NCBI RefSeq assembly: GCF_039654945.1
Contig: NW_027361678.1
Location: forward strand, 14,012,001 to 14,076,000
Source: Dendrobates tinctorius
Lineage: Eukaryota
Direction of reading: 5' to 3'
DNA length: 64,000 nucleotides
In this document: piece by piece, positions 1 to 11,344 of the stretch
How positions within the stretch are numbered: the stretch's first letter is position 1
Layout: each line of letters opens with the position of its first letter
Position numbers and translations under genes: made by a program
Notes under the pieces: generated by a model
Databases searched by the model: none
Told to the model about the DNA's origin: nothing
The model's input: only the letters and a program-made list of their open reading frames with translations

Positions 1-1483
1 ACCACTCCTCATGTCCTGTATATATACACTGCACAGTACCACTCCTCCTGTCCTGTATATATACACACTGCACAGTACCACTCCTCATGTCCTGTATATA
101 TACACTGCACAGTACCACTCCTCCAGTCCTGTATATATACACTGCACAGTACCAGTCCTCCTGTCCTGGATATATACACTGCACAGTACCACTCCTGTCC
201 TGTGCATATACACTGCACAGTACCACTCCTGTCCTGTATATGAACACTGCCCAGTACCACTCCTCCTGTCCTGTATATATACACTGCACAGTACCACTCC
301 TCCTGTCCTGTATATACACTGCACAGTACCACTCCTCCTGTATATACACTGCACAGTACCACTCCTCCTGTCCTGTATATATACACACTGCACAGTACCA
401 CTCCTCCTGTCCTGTATATATACACTGCACAGTACCACTCCTCATGCCCTGTATATATACACTGCACAGTACCACTCCTCATGCCCTGTATATATACACT
501 GCACAGTACCACTCCTCCAGTCCTGTATATATACACTGTGCAGTAACACTCCTCCTGTCCTGTATATATACACTGCACAGTACCACTCCTCCTCCTGTAT
601 ATATACACTGCACAGTACCACTCCTCCTCCTGTATATATACACTGCACAGTATCACTCCTCCTGTCCTGTATATGAACACTGCACAGTACCACTCCTCCT
701 GCCCTGTATATGAACACTGCACAGTACCACTCCTCCTGCCCTGTATATATACACTGTACAGTACCACTCCTCCTGCCCTGTATATATACACTGCACAGTA
801 CCACTCCTGCCCTGTATATATACACTGCACAGTACCACTCCTCCTGTCCTGTATATACACTGCACAGTACCACTCCTCCTGTCCTGTATATATACACACT
901 GCACAGTACCACTCCTCCTGTCCTGTATATATACACTGCACAGTATCACTCTTCCTTTCCTGTATATATACACTGCACAGTACCACTCCTCCTGTCCTGT
1001 ATATACACACTGCACAGTATCACTCCTCCTATCCTGTATATATACACTGCACAGTACCACTCCTGTCCTGTATATACACACTGCACAGTACCACTCCTCC
1101 TGTCCTGTGTATATATACACTGCACAGTAACACTCCTCCTGTCCTGTATATATACACTGCACAGTACCACTCCTCCTGTCCTGTATATACACACTGCACA
1201 GTACCACTCCTCCTGTCCTGTATATACACACTGCACAGTACCACTCCTCCTGTCCTGTATATGAACACTGCACAGTACCACTCCTCCTGTCCTGTATATA
1301 TACACTGCACAGTACCACTCCTCCTGTCCTCTATATATACACTGCACAGTACCACTCCTCCTGTCCTCTATATATACACTGCACAGTACCACTCCTCCTG
1401 TCCTGTATATATACACTGCACAGTACCACTCCTCCCGTCCTGTATATATACACTGCACAGTACCACTCCTCCCGTCCTGTATA

Positions 1484-3091
1484 CAGTGGGGGAAAAAAAG
1501 TATTTAGTCAGTCAGCAATAGTGCAAGTTCCACCACTTAAAAAGATGAGAGGCGTCTGTAATTTACATCATAGGTAGACCTCAACTATGGGAGACAAACT
1601 GAGAAAAAAAAAATCCAGAAAATCACATTGTCTGTTTTTTTTTCATTTTATTTGCATATTATGGTGGAAAATAAGTATTTGGTCAGAAACAAAATTTCAT
1701 CTCAATACTTTGTGATATATCCTTTGTTGGCAATGACAGAGGTCAAACGTTTTCTGTAAGTCTTCACAAGGTTGCCACACACTGTTGTTGGTATGTTGGC
1801 CCATTCCTCCATGCAGATCTCCTCTAGAGCAGTGATGTTTTTGGCTTTTCGCTTGGCAACACGGACTTTCAACTCCCTCCAAAGGTTTTCTATAGGGTTG
1901 AGATCGGGAGACTGGCTAGGCCACTCCAGGACCTTGAAATGCTTCTTACGAAGCCACTCCTTCGTTGCCCTGGCGGTGTGCTTTGGATCATTGTCATGTT
2001 GAAAGACCCAGCCACGTTTCATCTTCAATGCCCTTTCTGATGGAAGGAGGTTTGCACTCAAAATCTCACGATACATGGCCCCATTCATTCTTTCATGTAC
2101 CCGGATCAGTCATCCTGGCCCCTTTGCAGAAAAACAGCCCCAAAGCATGATGTTTCCACCACCATGCTTTACAGTAGGTATGGTGTTTGATGGATGCAAC
2201 TCAGTATTCTTTTTCCTCCAAACACGACAAGTTGTGTTTCTACCAAACAGTTCCAGTTTGGTTTCATCAGACCATAGGACATTCTCCCAAAACTCCTCTG
2301 GATCATCCAAATGCTCTCTAGCAAACTTCAGACTGGCCCGGACATGTACAGGCTTAAGCAGTGGGACACGTCTGGCACTGCAGGATCTGAGTCCATGGTG
2401 GCGTAGTGTGTTACTTATGGTAGGCCTTGTTACATTGGTCCCAGCTCTCTGCAGTTCATTCACTAGGTCCCCCCGCGTGGTTCTGGGATTTTTGCTCACC
2501 GTTCTTGTGATCATTCTGACCCCACGGGGTGGGATTTTGCGTGGAGCACCAGATCGAGGGAGATTATCAGTGGTCTTGTATGTCTTCCATTTTCTAATTA
2601 TTGCTCCCACAGTTGATTTCTTCACTCCAAGCTGGTTGGCTATTGCAGATTCAGTCTTCCCAGCCTGGTGCAGGGCTACAATTTTGTTTCTGGTGTCCTT
2701 TGACAGCTCTTTGGTCTTCACCATAGTGGAGTTTGGAGTCAGACTGTTTGAGGGTGTGCACAGGTGTCTTTTTATACTGATAACAAGTTTAAACAGGTGC
2801 CATTACTACAGGTAATGAGTGGAGGAAAGAGGAGACTCTTAAAGAAGAAGTTACAGGTCTGTGAGAGCCAGAAATCTTGATTGCTTGTTTCTGACCAAAT
2901 ACTTATTTTCCACCATAATATGCAAATAAAACAAAAAAAAAACAGACAATGTGATTTTCTGGATTTTTTTTTCTCAGTTTGTCTCCTATAGTTGAGGTCT
3001 ACCTATGATGTAAATTACAGACGCCTCTCATCTTTTTAAGTGGTGGAACTTGCACTATTGCTGACTGACTAAATACTTTTTTTCCCCACTG
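1484..3091 (-). mobile_element. Full-length Tc1 (DD34E, IR/DR type) DNA transposon, 1608 bp
   Basis: TA target duplication at 1482-1483 and 3092-3093; ~210-bp near-identical terminal inverted repeats starting CAGTGGGG(G)AAAAAAAGTATTTAGTCAGTCAGC with an inner repeat GGAAAATAAGTATTTGGTCAG; transposase on the minus strand. Confidence 0.97.
1702..2724 (-). pseudogene. Tc1 transposase (340 codons) with one in-frame stop
   Basis: ORFs 2110-2724 and 1702-2088 are in the same frame, joined by TGA at 2110-2112 ([14 protein letters not shown]). Motifs [14 protein letters not shown] and [11 protein letters not shown]; 34 residues between the second D and the E. Confidence 0.93.
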
Positions 3092-6000
3092 TATATACAC
3101 TGCACAGTACCACTCCTCCTGTCATGTATATGAACACTGCACAGTACCACTCCTCCTGTCCTGTATATGAACACTGCACAGCACGACTCCTCCTGTCCTG
3201 TATATATACACTGCACAGTACCACTCCTCCTGTCCTGTATATGTACATTGTACAGTACCTTTCCTCCTGTCCTGTATATATACACTGCACAGTACCACTC
3301 CTCCTGTCCTGTATATATACACTGCACAGTACCACTCCTCCTGTCCTGTATATATACACTGCACAGTACCACTCCTCCTGTCCTGTATATATACACTGCA
3401 CAGTACCACTCCTCCTGTCCTGTATATATATACTGCACAGTACCACTCCTACTGTCCTGTATATATACTGCACAGTACCACTCCTCCTGTCATGTATATG
3501 AACACTGCACAGTACCACTCCTGTCCTGTATATATACACTGCACAGTACCACTTCTCCTGTCCTGTGTATATATACACTGCACAGTACCACTTCTCCTGT
3601 CCTGTATATGAACACTGCACAGTATCACTCCTCCTGTTCTGTATATGAACACTGCACAGTACCACTCCTCCTGTCCTGTATATATACACTGCACAGTACC
3701 ACTCCTCCTGTCCTGTCTATATACACTGCACAGTACCACTCCTCCTGTCCTGTATATGAACACTGCACAGTACCACTTCTCCTGTCCTGTATATATACAC
3801 TGCACAGTACCACTTCTCCTGTCCTGTATATATATATATATACACTGCACAGTACCACTCCTCCTGTCCTGTATATACACACTGCACCGTACCACTCCTC
3901 CTGTCCTGTATATATACACTGCACAGTACCACACCTCCTGTATATATACACTGCACAGTACCACTCTTCCTGTCCTGTATATATACACTGCACAGTACCA
4001 GTCCTCCTGTCCTGTATATATACACTGCACAGTACCACTCCTCCTGTCCTGTATATATACACTGCACAGTACCACTCCTCCTGTCCTGTATATGAACACT
4101 GCACAGTACCACTCCTCCTGTCCTTTATATATACACTGCACAGTACCACTCCTCCTGTCCTGTATATATACACTGCACAGTACCACTCCTCCTGTCCTGT
4201 ATATATACACTGCACAGTACCACTCCTCCTGTCCTGTATATATACACTGCACAGTACTACTCCTCCTGTCCTGTATATATACATTGCACAGTACCACTCC
4301 TCCTGTCCTGTATATGAACACTGCACAGTACCACTTCTCCTGTCCTGTATATGAACACTGCACAGTACCACTTCTCCTGTCCTGTATATATAAACTGCAC
4401 AGTACCACTTCTCCTGTCCTGTATATATACACTGCACAGTACCACTCCTCCTGTCCTGTATATATACACTGCACAGTACCACTTCTCCTGTCCTGTATAT
4501 ATACACTGCACAGTACCACTTCTCCTATCCTGTATATACACACTGCACAGTACCACTTCTCCTATCCTGTATATACACACTGCACAGTACCACTCCTCCT
4601 ATCCTGTATATGTACACTGCACAGTACCACTCCTCCTGTCCTGTATATGTACACTGCACAGTACCACTCCTCCTGTCCTGTATATATACACTGCACAGTA
4701 CCACTCTTCCTGTCCTGTATATATACACTGCACAGTACCACTCCTCCTGTCCTGTATATATACACTGCACAGTACCACTCCTCCTGTCCTGTTTATATAC
4801 ACTGCACAGTACCACTCCTCCTGTCCTGTATATATGCACTGCACAGTACCACTCCTCCTGTCCTGTATATATACACTGCACAGTACATCTCCTGTCCTGT
4901 ATATATATACTGCACAGTACCACTCCTCCTGTCCTGTATATATACACTGCACAGTACCACTCCTCCTATCCTGTATATACACTGCACAGTACCACTCCTC
5001 CTGTCCTGTATGTATATACTGCACAGTAACACTCCTGTCCTGTATGTATACACTGCACAGTAACACCTCTCCTGTCCTCTATATATACACTGCACAGTAC
5101 CACTCCTCCTGTCCTGTATATATACACACTGTGCAGTACCACTCCTCCTGTTCTGTATGTATACACTGCACAGTACCACTCCTCCTGTCCTGTATATATA
5201 CACTGCACAGTACCACTCTTCCTGTCCTGTATATATACACTGCACAGTACCACTCCTCCTGTCCTGTATATATACACTGCACAGTACCACTCCTCCTGTC
5301 CTGTATATATACACTTCACAGTACCACTCCTCCTATCCTGTATATATACACTGCACAGTACCACTTCTATCCTGTATATACACACTGCACAGTACCACTC
5401 CTCCTATCCTGTATATACACACTGCACAGTACCACTCCTCCTATCCTGTATATACACACTGCACAGTACCACTCCTCCTGTCCTGTATATACACACTGCA
5501 CAGTACCACATCTCCTGTCCTGTATATATATACTGCACAGTACCACTCCTCCTGTCCTGTATATATACACTGCACAGTACCACTCCTCCTATCCTGTATA
5601 TACACTGCACAGTACCACTCCTCCTGTCCTGTATGTATATACTGCACAGTAACACTCCTGTCCTGTATGTATACACTGCACAGTAACACCTCTCCTGTCC
5701 TCTATATATACACTGCGCAGTACCACTCCTCCTGTCCTGTATATATACACACTGCGCAGTACCACTCCTCCTGTCCTGTATATATACACTGCACAGTACC
5801 ACTCCTCCTGTCCTGTATATATACACTGCACAGTACCACTCCTCCTGTCCTGTATATATACACTGCACAGTACCACTCCTCCTGTCCTGTATATATACAC
5901 TGCACAGTACCACATCTCCTGTCCTGTATATATATACTGCACAGTACCACTCCTCCTGTCCTGTATATATATATATATACTGCACAGTACCACTCCTCCT

Positions 6001-7870
6001 GTCCTGTATATATACACTGCACAGTACCACTCCTCCTGTCCTGTATATATACACTGCACAGTACCACATCTCCTGTCCTGTATATATATACTGCACAGTA
6101 CCACTCCTCCTGTCCTGTATATATACACTGCACAGTACCACTTCTCCTGTCCTGTATATATACACTGCACAGTACCACTCCTCCTGTCCTGTATATATAT
6201 ACTGCACAGTACCACTCCTCCTGTCCTGTATATATACACTGCACAGTACCACTCCTCCTGTCCTGTATATATACACTGCACAGTACCACATCTCCTGTCC
6301 TGTATATATATACTGCACAGTACCACTCCTCCTGTCCTGTATATATACACTGCACAGTACCCCTCCTCCTGTCCTGTATGTATACACTGCACAGTACCAC
6401 TCCTCCTGTCCTGTATATATACACTGCACAGTACCACATCTCCTGTCCTGTATATATACACTGCACAGTACCACTCCTCCTGTCCTGTGTATATATACAC
6501 TGCACAGTACCACTTCTCCTGTCCTGTATATATACACTGCACAGTACCACATCTCCTGTCCTGTGTATATATATACTGCACAGTACCACTCCTCCTGTCC
6601 TGTATATATACACTGCACAGTACCACTCCTCCTGTCCTGTATATATACACTGCACAGTACCACTCCTCCTGTCCTGTATATATACACTGCACAGTACCAC
6701 TCCTCCTGTCCTATATATATATACACTGTACAGTACCACTCCTCCTGTCCTGTATATATATACTGCACAGTACCACTCCTCCTGTCCTGTATATATACAC
6801 TGCACAGTACCACTCCTCCTGTCCTGTATGTATACACTGCACAGTAACACCTCTCCGGTCCTCTATATATACACTGCACAGTACCACTCCTCCTGTCCTG
6901 TATATATACACTGCACAGTACCACTCCTCCTGTCCTGTATATATACACTGCACAGTACCACTCCTCCTGTCCTGTATATATACACTGCACAGTACTGCTC
7001 CTCCTGTCCTGTATATATACACTGCACAGTACCACTCCTCCTGTCCTGTATATGAACACTGCACAGTATCACTCCTCCTGTCCTGTATATATACACTGCA
7101 CAGTACCACTCCTCCTGTCCTGTATATATACACTGCACAGTACCACATCTCCTGTCCTGTATATATATACTGCACAGTACCACTCCTCCTGTCCTGTATA
7201 TATACACTGCACAGTACCCCTCCTCCTGTCCTGTATGTATACACTGCACAGTACCACTCCTCCTGTCCTGTATATATACACTGCACAGTACCACATCTCC
7301 TGTCCTGTATATATACACTGCACAGTACCACTCCTCCTGTCCTGTATATATACACTGCACAGTACCACTTCTCCTGTCCTGTATATATACACTGCACAGT
7401 ACCACTTCTCCTGTCCTGTATATATACACTGCACAGTACCACTTCTCCTGTCCTGTATATATATACTGCACAGTACCACTCCTCCTGTCCTGTATATATA
7501 CACTGCACAGTACCACTCCTCCTGTCCTGTATATATACACTGCACAGTACCACTCCTCCTGTCCTGTATATATACACTGCACAGTACCACTCCTCCTGTC
7601 CTATATATATACACTGTACAGTACCACTCCTCCTGTCCTGTATATATATACTGCACAGTACCACTCCTCCTGTCCTGTATATATACACTGCACAGTACCA
7701 CTCCTCCTGTCCTGTATGTATACACTGCACAGTAACACCTCTCCGGTCCTCTATATATACACTGCACAGTACCACTCCTCCTGTCCTGTATATATACACT
7801 GCACAGTACCACTCCTCCTGTCATGTATATGAACACTGCATAGTACCACTTCTACCCTCCTGTCTTACAG

Positions 7871-10800
7871 TAAGGGTGGTCGGAGGAGTTTCCAGATGCC
7901 CTTGCCGCTGCCGCTTCCGCAGTACCTCTTGGTGTTCGGTCTGGGTGACTGGGATTTATATTCTGGAGATTCCTGTATTGTGGCCGAGCTGTTGGCAGGG
8001 TCGGCGGAGCCACAGTGTATAGGACGCCTATCCGCTGAGTGCAGGTATAGTGTATGCAGGTAGTGTGTGGTGCTGGGAACAGAGGGTAATGAGCTGCACC
8101 CCATTCAGCAGGTCCCTGGTCTGGGACGGTGACTGGAGTCTAGACATCGTCAGGGAGTGCATCAGGTTAACCGCACAAGGAATGCCAGCTAAACTGCGCC
8201 TCACTGTGTCCGGAAAGGTAAAAATCGCATCCTCTGCCCCCTGTGCCCCCTCGCCCCAGTGCCCTTTAACACCTTTTTCATCTCCTTTGTGTAGGGATAT
8301 AAAGGTTTGGGTTTCAGTAGCAGTACCCCTGCCAGGAGGATCAGTATTGGACCACCCAGTAGCCCGATGTTATCGGAGAGCACAATTGCCCACGTGAGAG
8401 TGCTCGAGGGTCTGGTGGAGGTGGGCACGAGAGATGGCAGGATGTGTGCCTACGGTCTATAATGATGCATACTTCTAGTGTGATCTTCTGTCCTCTAGGA
8501 GAAGGGTTACAGTACGGAGGTGGTGCAGCGGGCATCTTGTGCCATACTAAAGGATTCCCCACCACGGAGTCTGCCAAGCAAGGATGAAGGGGCAAGATCA
8601 CTGGACCCCTGCTGCCGGAAGGCAAATATTGTGCCCAGAAACCCCAGAAGACTCCGGTTTGGTAGCAAAGGATCTGAAGATGGTACTGCGGGGGCAGGTG
8701 AGTAAAACTCATGAGGAGCCTTCTAATGGTCCTCCATAGGTGGCACGCGCCATCACCACTGCCTGGCACTGGTACCAGACTGGAGGACGGCGCCTCTCTG
8801 AACACTGATCATCCCACAATTCTTCCAGTGTGTCCGTCAGGTCGATGGGGCCACAGTGTCTGCCTCTGCGATCCTGAAACGGCTGTTTTGATTGGTGGAG
8901 AAGGAGCCAATGAAAAGTCAAGTCCGGACTCGCTGTGGAAGCTGGAGCTAGGTACCCCGCCGTGCCCACCCTGACAGTGTGGATACCATGTGTACATATC
9001 ATATCCCCAGCAGAGTCCATTAGTCGGGGTGGCAAATGGGTGATGGGTGAGAGGAAGACCTGCAGGATACTGGTGATGTGTTGAATGACTAATCGGGTGA
9101 TGTCGACATTGATGGCACCCACTGATGCTGATTTGGGAGTGGGGACGCTGATGGCACCTGATGATGATGTGGGAGTGGGCAGACACTGGCGGCACCTGGT
9201 GATGATAATGATGATGTGGTAGAGGGATGAGATTAGAGGCACCTGGCGATGATGATGTGGGAGATGGGCAGCACTGGTGGGACACGGTGATGATGTGGGA
9301 GATGGGCGGCACTGGTGGCACCCGATGATGATGATGTGGGAGATGGGCGGCACTCTGTGATGATGATGTGGGAGAGGGGTGATACCCGATGATGATGAGG
9401 GGCGACACGGACGGCATCCAGTGATGATGTGGGAAATGAGGTGACATAAGGGTGCTGTCATGGGAACAGGGGCGACAATTGCATCATGATGGGGTGCAAT
9501 ACTGTTAACCCTTGGTTTCCTGACCTCTTTCTTCTTGCTCCCACTCAGACAATGATTTCTGGTTCCAAATGGATGGCTTGTGTTCGGCTCCTCAGTGCTC
9601 CAGGGGCCACACTGCAACCTTTGACTCAGAGAGCAAGAAAGTGTATGTTTATGGGGGCATGTGGGAGAAGCGTTGGCTCCGCAATGTGTATGTGCTGGAC
9701 ACGCAGGACTGGAAGTGGACGCTGCTGGCGGTGAGTCATGACGACAGCCATATCCCACATGGAGGGGCCTCTGGTGACAGCTGCTGACTGATGTCCTCTT
9801 CGGCAGGCGGTGGGGAAGGTGCCCACACTGTGCCACCACACGGCCGCCATGTACCAGCGGGAGCTCTATGTGTTCGGGGGTCTGTGTCCACAGGTGGGCG
9901 CCGATTCTGGAGTATGCACCAGTGTCCTTTATATCTTCAACCCTGAATACAAGATCTGGTATCAGCCCATTGTGGAGGGCGAGCGGCCGCTGCCCCGATA
10001 CGGGTGAGGATGGTGACCCTCTCAGTAAGGCGAGTGCTGTTCCACAGGAAATAAAGGATAGAGGATGTCTACCCCGATCAATCAGCGGGCGTCTGAAATT
10101 GGGGTGGATGAATGGATAGAGGAGGGAAGCTCCTGATGTTTGGGGGAGATGAGTGGGCGATGGGGTCCTGGTGTTTGGGGTTGCTGTACGGGAATCTTCA
10201 CATTTTCTCTCTGCTCCCCTCTTGCAGTCACAGTGCTACGCTCCTTGGTAACCGCCTTGTCCTGTTTGGGGGTCGCAGGGCTCCAACTCCAGTTTATCTC
10301 AATGATGTTCACATCCTGGACTTGGGTAAGGCTCTGTATGAAGTGTGACATCATAGGTGTGACATCATCCCAGAGTACCAATAATGCAAATGCACTGCTT
10401 TGCAGGTTACATGGAGTATACAGCAGTGGCCTACCCATCCTTGTCTGAGAGACCGTCCCCCCGCTGGTGAGAAAGCGCCCCCCCCTGTACTCCTTCCCCA
10501 TTACATCCACCTCTGTATAATGACTCTCTGCCTCTGTGTTCTGGAAGCTTCCACGCGGCCATGCAAGCGTCTGAGCACAAGGTCCTGGTCCACGGAGGTT
10601 GTTCTGGCAGTGGTTTTTTGACTGACACCTTTATCTTCAATCTGGGTAAGTGCCAGGATGATGGAGGTTGTAGTAGGTGAGAAGCTATAGGCTGAGTTAT
10701 TAGAAGTAGGGGTGTCTGGTGCCTACATGTTGGGTATGACCTTCCTCACCACCTTGGTGGGGCCTTGGGGTTCTCTGAGCCTTAGGGGCCCAGGCTCCTG

Positions 10801-11178
10801 TATATAATACAGATAATCTGTACCCAAGCGCCATCTATCTAGGCCTGATACCAAGGTAAGTACTGCTTCTTCCCACCCGTGACCCTGGATCCCTTTCAAG
10901 GAGAGATGGTGGAGTGTCAGCAGTGGCTAAGTGATTTCTGACTCTTCTGTCTTGCAGGCACCTTGTCCTGGAGCCCCATAAGGTTTGGGGAAAATCCGCA
11001 AATGCCCCGCGCCGGTCACACACTGCTCAACCTAAGCTCCTCCTCCCTGACAGATTCCGACAAGGAGGAGTGCAAGGGACGGAGCCTGGTCCGGGTTCTC
11101 GTTATTGGAGGATCGGACGGGGCTGGCACCTTCTACAGTGATTACCCCAAGTTTAAGGTGGACCTGAGTATCAGCTGA
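7871..11178 (+). CDS. Uncharacterised kelch-repeat (six-blade beta-propeller) protein without BTB, RABEPK/KLHDC-like; 5'-partial
   Basis: Exons 7871-8044, 8112-8217, 8295-8393, 8499-8697, 8829-8951, 9549-9730, 9807-10003, 10228-10325, 10406-10466, 10548-10645, 10958-11178. All introns are GT-AG and phase-consistent, giving ~518 aa with no stop. Six kelch motifs: PSGRWGHS..LIGG, SRGHTA..VYGG, LCHHTA..VFGG, PRYGHSA..LFGG, PRCFHAA..VHGG, PRAGHT..VIGG. Confidence 0.9.
9150..9445. repeat. Degenerate ~35-40-bp tandem repeat (GATGATGATGTGGGAGATGGGCGGCACTGG..) in a kelch-gene intron
   Basis: Recurrent GATGATGTGGGAG motif within intron 8952-9548. Confidence 0.75.
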
Positions 11179-11234
11179 GACATCGCTGGGTGGAGGTGAT
11201 GGTACAGAGCACAGCACACGGTGAAAGATGGTGG

Positions 11235-11240
11235 TTTATT
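11235..11240 (-). promoter_or_regulatory. GSTZ1 polyadenylation signal AATAAA
   Basis: TTTATT on the plus strand about 105 nt downstream of the GSTZ1 stop. Confidence 0.7.
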
Positions 11241-11344
11241 GTATCAGTGGCTGCACGCTCACTAAACACGGATTATTAGAATGGCAGCTGGTGCCTCTCC
11301 ACAGGTCCTTCCTAGCCATTGCTGGGCGCTGGATCCACAGCTCA

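Larger units (their letters stand above)
1..7865. repeat. 37-bp minisatellite array (CTGCACAGTACCACTCCTCCTGTCCTGTATATATACA)n, interrupted by a Tc1 element; intronic in the kelch gene
   Basis: Tandem 37-bp unit with variable TA run from the window start to just before the acceptor AG at 7869-7870; split at 1484-3091. Confidence 0.97.

Noticed and set aside
2075-2815. 246-aa plus-strand ORF inside the Tc1 element
   Set aside because: Antisense shadow of the transposase frame with no recognisable features.
1-7865. Many long ORFs (up to 632 aa) on both strands
   Set aside because: Translations of a stop-poor 37-bp minisatellite cycling through all frames; no protein-like complexity; intronic.
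8740-8828. Alternative kelch acceptor at 8739 extending the exon
   Set aside because: Would need a 42-nt intron and breaks phase; the acceptor at 8828 keeps frame and has an upstream branch motif.
8709-9839. 376-aa minus-strand His/Pro-rich ORF
   Set aside because: Antisense to kelch exons plus a GAT-rich intronic repeat; no independent support.
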